Positions 9,691 to 22,885 of a DNA stretch of 64,000 bases are shown here, in pieces (the stretch's first letter is position 1; each line of letters begins with the position of its first letter). The notes beneath the pieces were generated by a model. It was not told the DNA's origin and searched no databases. It saw only the letters and a program-made list of their open reading frames with translations. This DNA comes from Octopus sinensis (Eukaryota). The position numbers and the translations under genes are program-made. The stretch is taken from positions 24,428,001 to 24,492,000 of the forward strand of contig NC_043017.1 of NCBI RefSeq assembly GCF_006345805.1, written 5' to 3'.

Positions 9691-11534
9691 TATAAATATA
9701 TATATATATATATACATACAGAATATAAATAAACAGGTCAAATTTCCCATTTTAATTATTTTCTATTGTTTTACAAACTGAAACGTTTATATTAGAAGCT
9801 CCTCATCTTTCTTCTAAAACCAGTGTTATATGTGGTTGTTGTAAAACAAGTTGTTCTTGTTGTAATATACATATACACAATAGTCTTAATCAGTAGGGTT
9901 GCCAGGTTAGGCTACAAACACTGAATTATGCTTCTTTTCAGCTCACTTTAAAAAAAATAATAAAAAATTTAGATTGATTGCTACTTAAAAGTTTAAATAT
10001 TTCAGAAGTCAGAATCCCATGTGCTGGACGGTTTGACTGGAGCTGGAGAGCTGTACCAGGCCCCGGTTGTCTGTTTTGGCATGGTTTCTACGGCTGGATT
10101 CCCTTCTCAGTGCCAACCACTTTACAGAGTATACTGGGTGCCCTTTATGTGATGCCAGTACAGGTGCCTCTTGCATAGTGCCGGCATGGGTGCCCTTAAC
10201 GTGGCACTGGGGTAGATACTCTTTACGAGGCACTGGCACAGATGCTCTGTACATGACACCAGCACAGGTGCTCTGAACATAGCACTGGCATGGGTGTTCT
10301 TTATGGGGCACTGGTATGGATATACACACACACACACACACACATATACTACCATCCCACACAGCATTCTCTAACAAACAAACACATTACTCAAGATTTG
10401 CAGATGTACACACACACACAATGACCATTTTTACATTCAACTACCTTCAAAAATCAAACTCTCAATCTCTCTCCTACTTCTGGTCAGTTATTTTTTAGCC
10501 ATGCAATGACACATGCTTTGCTCTGGACTATCTGTTCTTTGCCTCTTTTCCTTTTTCTCTGAACTTTTTCTATTATTTTCCCATCTAATGCTCTCACTGG
10601 CCATCAGTCCATATTCACTGTGTATGTCCAGCTGACTTTTGTGGCTTTTTTCCTGTTTTTGTTGTTGGATTTGCCTATATGGTATATATGTATGTGCTCA
10701 CGTGTATCTGTTTGTCCTCTACTATTCCTTGACAACTGGTATCAGTTTGTGTATGTCATTATAACTTAGTGGTTCAGCAAAGAAATCGATAGAATAAGTA
10801 CCAAACTTTAAAAAAAAGTTGCTGGTGTTAATTTAATTAAACCCACTAATGTAATGTCCCAGCATGGCCACAGTCCAATGACTGAAGCAAGTAATTCTTT
10901 TTTCTGTGTTTCTTGGCCTTTTAGCATTCACATTTTGAATTAATCTTGCAGCCTTGAGATTTTGGTGAGGTAACTTAATTTTCAGAAGGATATTGTAGGG
11001 ATGTGTGAGAAGCCAGATCTGGCCATTTTGAACTTAAAATAAGTAGAATATTTGACCTGGATATGGTCAGTTGAAATACTAAAGAGTTAAATTCATTAAA
11101 AAATTTATAAGCAAAAATTTTCATTTTGAGCTTTCTAACATTGTTATTTTTAAGAAACTGATCTGGCATATCCTGCCTGTTAACTTCCTTCAGACCACAA
11201 GTATTCAAATATCTAGAACCACCATTATTTGTACTCCAGATATACCTCACTTCACAGCATTGGATTTTTTACATTGTACAATCCATTATGCAGCTGTTAG
11301 TCGTAGCTGAGTGACAACAGTGAGATTGCATGACAATTACTGCATATACTTTTTTTTTTTACATTTTTAATTGAGGAAGAAAAGTAACCATCCCAAATAT
11401 GGTTCATATTTGAACATTTCTAAGTCAATGAAAGAAAAATGTGGGAGGGGACGGAATTCTAAACGATAACAGTTAACAGCGGTGTGTGTGTGTGGGTTGG
11501 GAAATGTTTAGTGCAAGATTTGAGGAGTGGCAAG

Positions 11535-11956
11535 GGATCTTTTCGGTTTGAACGGCAGTTTTTAACATAATTTCTAGGTAACTAAAAAATTTTAAACTTT
11601 GTATACTGGTAGAATGTGTTTATAAAACATCTTTTCCTCTTGGCTTTATTGAGAAAATTCTATAGTTTGTAAGATATTTGTTATTCTTTTTCTTCAAATT
11701 CTGCAATTTCAACCAATCACTGACGTCCATTGAGGTAAAAAACATTCTGTGCCATATGAATATGTCCCTCGTTTAAGAAACAGATTGGGTTTATTTACAT
11801 TTGTAAAGAAAAAAAGATACCCTTCCCCACTAACCCTAACCAAACCTAACCCTAAAACAGGTTGAAAAGCAATAGATTGATACTAGGGTCATAATTATGG
11901 GTGACAATTTCATATGACACTGCTAGAAAAAACTGCTGTTCAAACCGAAAAGATCC
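11535..11956. mobile_element. Second copy of the same MITE
   Basis: Same TIRs and internal sequence. Perfect 8-bp TSD GTGGCAAG (11527-11534, 11957-11964). Confidence 0.9.
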
Positions 11957-13908
11957 GTGGCAAGAGATGAGCAAACTGAGTGGCCAGAGTAGAACAATAT
12001 GCAACAATGGGGCTGGTTTAAAGGGACAGCAATTATGTAGTAGCAGTAAAAGAGGAACAATGTGCATGTGAGCCACAAGTTGGAGCATACTGAATGCTAA
12101 CAGAATCTTTATTAATCATCCAAACGTTAAGAGAGGGTGATAAAAATCTAGGAGATTTGCTTTCGAATGTCGGTCTTTTTTTGATGATTGAAGGTCTGGC
12201 TGACATGATGATGATCAGGGTGAACTGAGAGTGCTAGGTAAATCTACTACAAAATCTGAACTGAATACATAACAAGTGAATTAATTTGAAAGTTTTGTGA
12301 GGTCAGAGATGCTATTGTTTTTCCTACTTCAACCAACTGCATTTGCTCAATAAGCAATTGAGTCATCCATGAACTGGATTGACCAGCCACAGTGAAACAA
12401 ACTGCATTCAGCCACATCCTGTACGATGCTCTTGGTCATCTTGCAGAATGAGTAATGATCAATGCTTTGTCTTCTATCATTTGCTTGCTGCATGTCTTTA
12501 CACTGCGGCCATGCTGGAGCACTGCCCTAACGGGTTTTGTTGAACAAACCATTTATATTTAAGCCTGGTACTTTTTCTCTCTACCAAATCCACTCACTAG
12601 GCTTTGGTCAGCTTGAAGCTATAGCTGAAGACACTTGCCAAAGATGTTACAGAGTGGGACTGAACCCAAGACCACATGGTTGGAAAACAAACTTCTTACC
12701 ACTCAGCTACACCTGCACCTGCTTTTGTGTGTGTATGTGTGTGTGTGTATTTGTTGTTCAGTTCAGGTGGCAGAGACAGTGTTTTAAACCTCCTCCTCAC
12801 CATCCAATGATGTAGTATCAAATTATTCCAAGTGTTGCTAATCAGGTCAGCGGCTTACAGTAAATTCTCATTGTTTTAATGGACTGGAAAAGGTCCAACC
12901 AAACAAAAGCCAGTGACACCATCAGGAAACCAATATGAAACATGTGCAAGAGTTAAAAACTAGAACAAATATTTATGTAAATAAATAATAAAACACATAG
13001 AGAGGGCTAACTATCTTGTAATAAAAAGCTAACAATTGTAGTTATTTTGAAACAGAAAAACAAATCAAATATTTCAGTTAAAACAGCTTTCATAAGTGAC
13101 AACAATTTGGCTGAATTTACAAATAAATATGAATTTTTTTTTTTTTAAATTGAAGGTATGATATTCCTAAAATAAATTGGATGGAACAAGTATAACATTT
13201 TTATATCCCTTTTCATCAGAGATAAATGAAGCACTTCAATTAGTGTTAGAAGTGGTTGGTCAGTAGACTAGTAACTATTTGTATGCTGTGTCTGAAATAA
13301 TCCACCACCACCACCACCCAAAAGGATGAAAAGCAAAGTCGACCTCAGCGGAATTTAAACTCAGAATGTGAAGAGAAATGAAATACAGCTACACATTTTT
13401 GCCATCTTAATAATAACAGTAATCCTTTCTATAATAGGCACAAGGCCTGAAATTTGGGGGAGGAGGATGGTCAATTACATCGACCCCAGTACTCCACTGG
13501 TACTTAATTTATCAACCCCAAAGGATGAAAGATAAACTTGACCTCAGTGGAATTTGAACTGAGAACATAGCGACAGGCAAAATACCGCTAAGTATTTTGT
13601 CCAGTATGCTAACAATCCTGCCACATCACTGATGATGATGATAATAATAACTTCAAATTTTGGCACAAAGCTAGAAAGTTCGAGAGAGGGGGCAAGTTGA
13701 TTACATTGACCCCTATACTCAACTGGTGCTTATTCACAAGATGGTAAAGAAGGTGAAGAATGATTAAATTTTTTTTCCATGTACGGGGCTTAATTTTTGC
13801 TGTTAAGGAAGTCGCACTGTCAATTGGATTGACTCCAGGACATTTCTGATGGTATCGAGTTTATCATTTTGCAGAGAACACACATACAATTAAAAAAAAT
13901 CCAACTCT

Positions 13909-15998
13909 GGCGCAGGGGTGGCACTGTGGTAAGTAGCTTGTTTACCAACCACATGGTTCCGGGTTCAGTCCCACTGCGTGGCATCTTGGGCAAGTGTCTT
14001 CTACTATAGCCTCGGGCCGACCAAAGCCTTGTGAGTGGATTTGGTAGACGGAAACTGAAAGAATCCCGTCGTATATATGTATATATATGTGTGTGTGTGT
14101 GTATGTATGTGTGTCTGTGTTAGTCCCCCAGCATTGCTTGACAATTGATGGTGTGTTTATGTCCCCGTCACTTAGCGGTTCGGCAAGAAGGACCAATAGA
14201 ATAAGTACTGGGCTTACAAAGAATAAGTCCCGGGGTCGAGTTGCTCGATTTAAGGCGGTGCTCCAGCATGGCCGCAGTCATATGACTGAAACAAGTAGAA
14301 AAAAAAAAAAAATATGAACTAAGAACAAATAGGTACCAAGCTGGCTGTTGTAAAGTACCTCCATTTCTGCTGTTCTGACAACATTAGTCACCATTAATAA
14401 TAATGGGTTCTTTATTAAGCAGAAAGCCATTAAGAGACAACAGTAAAAGAGACAAAGAAACTATGGAGTAAAGATATCAGTTCTTTACCAGTTTTACATC
14501 CTAACTTCACTTAGACACTTCTATAATTACCAAAGTTTTAGTTTATTTATTTAATTTTATGAAACAGACTTAATCTAAATAAATTATTTCAAATAGGCTG
14601 GAGTTTCATTTTCAGTGATAAGTTGATAAGTACTGGAGCTTGAGAAACTAAACAATATGTTCTCTTATTTTTTGATGAAGTTTGACCAAGCAGTTCAGTG
14701 TGCTTTATCAAAAATATTAGCTCACCCCACCACATATCAAACTCCCCCCAAAAAAAAGTGAGGTGCAGGAGTGGCTGTGTGGTAAGTAGCTTGTTTACCA
14801 ACCACATGGTTCCGGGTTCAGTCCCACTGCGTGGCATCTTGGGCAAGTGTCTTCTACTATAGCCTCGGGCCGACCAAAGCCTTGTGAGTGGATTTGGTAG
14901 ACGGAAACTGAAAGAATCCCGTCGTATATATGTGTGTGTGCGTGTATGTATGTGTGTCTGTGTTAGTCCCCCAGCATTGCTTGACAATTGATGGTGTGTT
15001 TATGTCCCCGTCACTTAGCGGTTCGGCAAGAAGGACCAATAGAATAAGTACTGGGCTTACAAAGAATAAGTCCCGGGGTCGAGTTGCTCGATTTAAGGCG
15101 GTGCTCCAGCATGGCCGCAGTCATATGACTGAAACAAGTAGAAAAAAATAAAAAAATATGAACTAAGAACAAATAGGTACCAAGCTGGCTGTTGTAAAGT
15201 ACCTCCATTTCTGCTGTTCTGACAACATTAGTCACCATTAATAATAATGGGTTCTTTATTAAGCAGAAAGCCATTAAGAGACAACAGTAAAAGAGACAAA
15301 GAAACTATGGAGTAAAGATATCAGTTCTTTACCAGTTTTACATCCTAACTTCACTTAGACACTTCTATAATTACCAAAGTTTTAGTTTATTTATTTAATT
15401 TTATGAAACAGACTTAATCTAAATAAATTATTTCAAATAGGCTGGAGTTTCATTTTCAGTTGATAAGTTGATAAGTACTGGAGCTTGAGAAACTAAACAA
15501 TATGTTCTCTTATTTTTTGATGAAGTTTGACCAAGCAGTTCAGTGTGCTTTATCAAAAATATTAGCTCACCCCACCACATATCAAACTCCCCCCAAAAAA
15601 AAGTGAGGTGCAGGAGTGGCTGTGTGGTAAGTAGCACATGGTTCCGGGTTCAGTCCTACTGCGTGACATCTTGGGCAAGTGTCTTCTGCTATAGCCCCGG
15701 GCCGACCAATGCCTTGTGAGTGGATTTGGTAGACAGAAACTGAAAGAAGCCTGTCGTATATAAGTGTGTGTGTATATGTTTGTGTGTCTGTGTTTGTCCC
15801 CCTAGCATTGCTTGACAACTGATGCTGGTGTGTTTACGTCCCCGTCACTTAGCGGTTCGGCAAAAGAGACCGATAGAATAAGTACTGGGCTTACAAAGAA
15901 TAAGTCCCGGGGTCGGGACTTATTCTTGCTCGACTTAAGGCGGTGCTCCAGCATGGCCGCAGTCAAATGACTGAAACAAGTAAAAGAGAGTAAAAGAG
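13909..15998 (+). repeat. SINE A - unique - hybrid SINE A - unique - SINE A; about 850-bp tandem duplication
   Basis: SINEs start at 13909, 14762 and 15607. Unique spacers about 14313-14761 and 15157-15606 are near-identical. Confidence 0.92.
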
Positions 15999-18900
15999 TT
16001 ACACAATTACAACAAGATTCCTATTATGCCAGAGCATGCTCCCCAATAAACTTTGGCAGAGTTTCATGTTAAACGCATCATATCGAATTAAGAATCATCT
16101 ACTATAGGCATTGGCATGGCTGTGTGGTAAAAAGCTTGCTTCCCAACCACATGGTTCTGGATTCAGTCCTGCTGTGGCACTTTGGCCAACCAAAATCTTG
16201 TGAATGGATTTGGTAGATGGAAACTAAAAGAAGCCCATCATGTTTGTGTGTGTGGCTTTGTGTCTGTTTCCCCAACTGCTTGACACCTGGTGTCGATGTA
16301 TCTACATACCTGTAACTTAGCAGTTCAGCAAAAAAAGCCCAATAAAATAAATCCGAAACTTTAAAAAATTAAAAAAAGGACTGGGGGTCAATTCACTCAA
16401 TTAATAATTCTTCAAGTGCCCCAGCATGACCGCAGTCTGATGACTGAAACAAGTAAAAGCAGCTTTTTAAGACCTATAATTTTAACGAGCATTCCAATTG
16501 TCAAGTTTTGAGTTTGAGTACATGGAAAATCGTAGCCAAAGAGTTTTAAAAAACCAACAAATTACCAGAGATACTATAATATAAACTTGTTGCAGATTCA
16601 AGTTTCAATGTTATCATTAGGTGTGTGTGTGTGTGAGTGGTTTCAGCAAAATACTTAAGTGAGTTAACGATACTCTGCATAAATGAATAATAGTAATCAG
16701 CCTAACATATACAAATAGCTTGTGTCTCTTAAAATTGCATGGGAAGAAGGAAAATACATAATCAACAGTAAACTGGATTCCATAACCATCACCAACGCCA
16801 CTGATATTATCAAATTTAATATCTCCATTCTATCTTTGTATATAAAACTAATTGATAGATAAGGAATTAAGTTTATTTAAAATGTTTAATAAAACTAATA
16901 AAGAAATATAGAAAATACAGTGGAAGAAATTATAGTGAACTGCCTCCAACTCTTCATTCTCTATAGAATTGTGCCATTCCATAACTCTTCCATGCAAAGC
17001 TCATCTCACACAAAGACTGACCTATTTATCCGCTAGAAATACTAGTCAAATTACCTTCAAGTTATTGGTTAAAGGTAACGAAATATCCCCTAAGATGCAC
17101 TGATCTAATTAATCAGAACCAGTATTAATTTGATTCTTGTTGAGTTCTAGCTCTGAAACGTGCTAGCAATACATATTTTACTGACTATTTCTAAACTGTA
17201 GAGGTTCCTTCATGAGCTAGTGAATTGCTAAACGAAACAGTGTTGTGCTGAATAGCTACTTCCTATACAAGATGGATTAGAACATGCAAAAAGTAATTGT
17301 CTTCCTAAATTCATCGACCTATAAATTCTCTGCGACTTAGATAAATGGCTGTCTCCTCTTCATCACAACTGATGGCCGACCCAGTCTACTTCCTCGCATC
17401 AATTCATCCATCCGGTCCACAGCAACCAACAATTTATGATGTAACAACAGGAAACTTAATTCAGTCTGCAATGCGGAAATCCAAACATTTTTTTTTTTCT
17501 TCCTAATTTTGAAAATACTTATCTCGTATACAACTGCAATAATAAACAGAGTCAAGCACTAAGCTTCAGCATTTTCTCCTTGAGTTTTTGTAGTGGTATA
17601 ATACATCAATGCTGACTAGCTTTCACCTACTTCTGGCAAAAGGGAAGAGAATGATATTCAAACATTTCCTAAGTATGTTAAACATCAGTTAACCAATGAA
17701 AAAACACAGACATGGATTTGATAGTTCAAGGTGCAGCCGTGTGGTAAGAAGTTTGCTTCCCAACCATTGGTCTTGGGTTCAGTCCTACTCTGTAGTACAC
17801 TGGACAAGTGCCTTTATGTTTGCCCACCACCACTACTTGATAATTAGTGTTTAAGTCTCTTTAAGACAGTGCTCCAGCTTGGCTACAGTTTAATAGCTGA
17901 AACAAGTAAAGGGTGTACATGTATGTACACACATACAGCCTGTCTACAAAAGGGCACTGGTTGAGCCAGAGTTATAGTAGAAGCCACTTGCTCAGGTTGC
18001 CATGCAGTGGAGCCGAACCTGAAACCAGATGGTTGAGAAGCAAACTTCTTAACCACACAGCCATGCCTGTGTGAGATTTTTTTGATGGAGAATAATGTGA
18101 AGAAGCATTCAAATTCATGGAGATGTATCGAAGTCAAAGAAGGAAACCAACCCAAAACCTAGAGCAGTTTTATTTTCAATCTTATTACTCTGTCAATTCT
18201 GAGAATATAAATGTGTGTATATATATACTGCCTTCCATGCCAAAAAGAACGGAGCAATTGAACACTATGTAGAAATGGTACAGGAAGAGCCTAACAAATA
18301 CAGACCCAAACTTAATCCGTTTACAACCACCTCAACTATTAATAAGATTAGCAAAGAGAATATGACACAGCAAAAGTAAATAAAGAAACAACCTACTGAA
18401 TTTGAAAGTAATAAGAGGTGGGGGGAAAAAAAAAACAGAAAATTATTATTGGTTGTCAATGTTTATAATAAATCTAGAAATCTTTGTAACAATTCCACTT
18501 TACATCTGATTCAATACCATTAAAACAAAAATTTAAACTGGAAGATAGAAAAGAGTTTTTTTTAAGATTTGATATTGTAGAATTACTTTGAGTCATGCTG
18601 CAAAGCAGAAATGTAGACGAAGCTGAGAAAAAGGTAGCACTCGTTACAGCAATGGACCACACCATGAGAACCTCTAAGCAGGCATATGATGTGCTGGAGA
18701 TAGTAACTAAAATGGCCCTCTAAATACAATCCCAATATGATTTTGAGGAAAAAGGAAAGAAAAGAAAGGATAGGATAGGCACAGACATAGCTGCATGGTT
18801 AAGAAGCCTGCTTGGCAACCAAGTGGTTTCAGGTTCAGTCTCTATGTGCAGCTCCTTGGAGAAGTGTCTAATATAGCCTCAGAATGATCTACACCTTGTG

Positions 18901-21900
18901 AATGAATTTGGTAGACAGAAACTCCGTGGAAGCCCTCTGTAGGTGTATGTGTATGTATACACACATATGTCTTTGTGTCTATGTCACATCTCCCCACCAC
19001 TTGACAACTTGTGTTGGTTTGTTTATGTCTCCATAACTTAGAGGTTTGGTAAACAAGACTGACAGAGTAAGTATCAGACTTTTAAAAATAAATACTGGAT
19101 GAATTTGTTTAGCTTAAAACTCTTCAAGTTGGTGCTCCAGCATGACTACAGACCAATGACCGGAACAAGTAAAAGATAAAAAGATACACAGGCTAAGTAT
19201 AGTCATTTTGTTTTTTCTTCTTTCATTCTTAAAAAGATGAAGCCAATAACAAAAGCGATGCTAAAACACAACAGTCATAGATAATAATCTGATCTATGTG
19301 AAGAGTCAAAACGATTTTATACGAAACCAATAAAAGCAACTTTGGAAAATTAGAAATTTCGAATGATGGAAGGAGAAAAAATGTTGACATTACTGATAAG
19401 AATGATTCATCAATGCAATAAAGATACCAGCAGCAAAACTGCTTATTGTTCTTCACTCGGGGACTAAATGTTTTCAATGTCGTCAGTTTGTCATGTTATA
19501 TTTGAAACAAAAGACAAATTAAAATGAAAATGTACACAATGAGTGGTTGGTTCTAATAAATTAGGACAGAACTAACGAGTTAACTTATCAGCCAGATGTA
19601 TAGTATTTAATTAATTAGTCTCACTAATGCAGCCGCATGAGTCATACTATTTAGATTCTGTAGCATTAGACACACATGGGTAAGAAGAGATTCTTGAAAG
19701 AACAGAGTGAAAGACTATAAAACAGCTGCAGTTCTTTTTTGGAATGGTGGGTTTTGAAGAAAAAAAAATGACCATGGGATTGTACCTAGAAAGTTCCCCT
19801 CTGAGGCACAAGTCTGGGCAAGGTTGTTTATGGAAGATCAGCAGGCACCCATACATATCAGCCTCCCCTATCTACACCACCAATGTTATCTAAGCGAAAG
19901 GCAAAGGCCAATACAGCTTTGCACTATTGATGTCGAAGCTCATTTCTACTGCTCAGTGAACTGGAGCAACGTGAAATAAAGTGTCTAGCTCAAGAACACA
20001 ACACACAGGTCTGGGAATTGAACTCACTACCTCATGATTGTGAGCCTGATGCTCTGACCACTGACCCACATGCCTTCATATGAAGCAAATAAAGTGTACA
20101 AATATTGGGTTAAAAAACACTTAAGATAGAAAACGTCAGAGGTTAGCCATAGGACTTGAGCCCATATCTCCTGTAGCTATGAAAGGTGTTTTACCATTGG
20201 ACCCAAGCAACCCTTTGGATTTCTCTCTTCATTTTAGAAACTTTATTTGTACCAGGGAAAATTTTATGCTATCATCAAGATGATGTCAAAATTTATAAAA
20301 TTTCAGCTTTTTCTCTCCAATAGGCACAGACATGGTAAGAAGTTTGTGGTAAGAAATTTGTTTCCCCAACCACATGGTCCCATGTTCAGTCCCACTGCAT
20401 AGCACCTTGGACAAGTGTCTTCTACTATAGCCCTGGACTGACCAAAATTTTGTGAGTGGATTTGATAGATGGAAACTGAAAGAAGCCCAGTGTGTGTAAT
20501 ATTAACGCAGAATTATGTTAAATCAGTTTTTTTTCTCCAGCATTTGGATCAACTTGACTAACCTCCAGTTTTCAATACATTTCATCACAATAATTATACT
20601 TTTACCCCCCCCCCTCCACTCCTAATTAAAAATCCCAACTTCATTTTCACAAGTTGACAGCAATACTTTGTCAGACTATAATGAAAAACATCAAGATAAA
20701 AACTAAAAATAACACAAAAATAAAAATTTTAAATATTCTTTTTTTAGTTAAAAATAGAGAGAGAAAAAAAATCAGACTGAATTCTCAACAGCTGGTAGTT
20801 TGAAATATTAGAGTTATGAATCAAGTCTAACGAGTACCTTGAAATGACCCTCACCATCGCTTGCTAAAACTAATCTGATATAAATTTCCAATTCTAACTG
20901 TTCTGTTTCAGTTGAATTACTCATATTCTTGTAATGGTTATAGATATTACTGGATTGCATATCTTCTACACATAGGCGCAGGCACGGCTGTGTGGTAAGA
21001 AATTTGCTTCCCAACTACATGGGTCTGGGTTCGAGTCTCACTGTGTGGCACTTTGGGAAAGTGACTGCTACAATAGTCTCTGGCTGAGGCTAAAGTCTTG
21101 TGAGGAGATTTGGTCATGTGTGTATGTTTGTGTGTGTGTGGTTGTCTGTCCTCCACCACTACCTGACAACCAATGCTGGTGTATTCACATCCCAGTAATT
21201 AAGCAATTTGGCAAAAGAGACCAATAGCATAAGTTACAAGGCTTTAAAAAACAAAAAAGTGCTGGAGTCTATTGACTGAAACAAGCAAAAGATAAAAGAT
21301 GGGGAGGAAAAAAAAAAACCTAATCTTATAATTAAGCGCTGACCTAGAAATCTTGGTTTTAAACTCTACAGATAGACACACCATTAATTTGAATGAACAC
21401 ATGCACAAGCATAGGTATCCAGTTTGATGGTCTTATAGTTCTGCTGCCAGTACTCTGCCTTGAATTACTACTTTCTTTTATTGACTCCAAAATGTTGAAA
21501 GACATATTTTGAGCTCAGCAGGATTCAAGCTTAGAATGCAAAGAACTGGAACAAATAATGAAAGGCATCCAGTCCAACCTTCTTATAGCTCCACCAATCC
21601 ACTGCCCCAGATTACATTTTTTATCAATGACTTGTAGGGACATTATATTTCATTATGCAACCATAATATACTACAAAGACTATGGCACCTGGTATGACCC
21701 CTGGCTTTTACCAGCTCCTTGTCAAACCATCCAACCTATGCCAGTATGGAAATTAGATGTTGGTGATGATAATGACCGTAGGCAACCCAGCCATAAGCTT
21801 CCCATCTATTTTTAGAGGGACACTGAAGCTAAGACCATATTTTTCAATTTGTCCTCCTTTCAAAGACAGCTTTGATTTGAGGGAGATTTGAGTGCTATTT

Positions 21901-22069
21901 CTAGTAAGGTGAGCAACAACACAGATGGTCCTTCATGGGATGAAGCAATGATTAATAGCTCCATGTGGTACATATGCAGAGTTGTGTAAACTAAACCAGA
22001 GAGTTAAAAGTCACCACCCTCCTTCTCTGCTTCTATTTGCAGGAGCATATCACAGTGTCACAGGCAGAC

Positions 22070-22114
<45 letters not shown>

Positions 22115-22420
22115 CCTCAGTCCACTATCAGCTACCAAATTAGCAATCTGTCACTCTTGTAAAATAAATAAATAAATAAATATATAAAAATAAAATTCTT
22201 CCTACTATAGACACAAGGCCTAAAATTTGGTGGGTGAATGGGTGGGGGTAGAGGAATACATTAACCTCAGTGTTTGACTGGTATTAATTCTATTGACCCC
22301 CAAAAGGATAGGATGAAAGGCACAGTCAACCTCAGCAGAATTTAAACCCAGACTGTAAAGATGAGACAGAATACCAGTAATCATTCTGCTCAGCTAATGA
22401 TTCTATTAGCTTGCAGCAGC

Positions 22421-22465
<45 letters not shown>

Positions 22466-22515
22466 AAATGACTTGCTTCAGTAATTTCCATTGAAGTCTC
22501 AATTTGCTGACCTAC

Positions 22516-22554
22516 CCGATCCATTTTATCATGAAACAACGTTTACAACAAGAC
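22516..22554 (-). other. Candidate 39-nt alternative exon containing ATG GAT CGG (M-D-R)
   Basis: Acceptor TTCGTTATTTTCTCTCCAG|, donor CGG|GTAGGT, ATG in AAAATGG context, in frame with exon 2117-2198, with an in-frame TAA upstream of the ATG. Confidence 0.4.
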
Positions 22555-22689
22555 CTGGAGAGAAAATAACGAATTATACAGAAACAGTTTTTCGACTATA
22601 TAAAATAATATTTCATCCGAACCTTTCAACAACAACAACAACAACTAGTAGTAGTACTGTTCTGACCTGAAATTAGACTCAATATCAGC

Positions 22690-22849
22690 TAATTATGCCT
22701 TCACAGTGTTCGCGCTCTCTCTCTCTCTCTCCCTGCCCACACCCCACACCTCTTTTTCCACCACCACATCTAGGTGAGTGAGGATGACTAGCAAGTAGTT
22801 TTCACAACTTCCTTCCCTTCCAAACTACGTCATTTTAGCATGAGCCAAT

Positions 22850-22855
<6 letters not shown>
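22690..22855 (-). promoter_or_regulatory. Candidate internal promoter/enhancer
   Basis: Non-TE stretch with ATTGG (CCAAT), TGACGTA (CRE-like), AGGAAGT (ETS), GGGTGTGGG (KLF/Sp GT-box), (GA)n and GCGCG clustered in about 160 bp. Confidence 0.35.

Positions 22856-22885
<30 letters not shown>

Noticed and set aside
11830-11853. TAACCC repeats as an interstitial telomere
   Set aside because: Short, degenerate and internal to a MITE.
13909-13985. tRNA-like A/B boxes
   Set aside because: SINE heads continuing into the SINE body; no complete cloverleaf evident.
17337-17555. 72-aa minus ORF as a coding exon
   Set aside because: Ends in a stop, has no good donor, and shows no recognisable homology.
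18480-18722. Plus-strand reading IPLKQKFKLEDRKEFFLRFD... as a gag-like remnant
   Set aside because: Contains a stop, and I recognise no family motif with confidence.
19229-19477. 82-aa minus ORF as a possible epsin exon
   Set aside because: No usable acceptor upstream and no epsin motifs.
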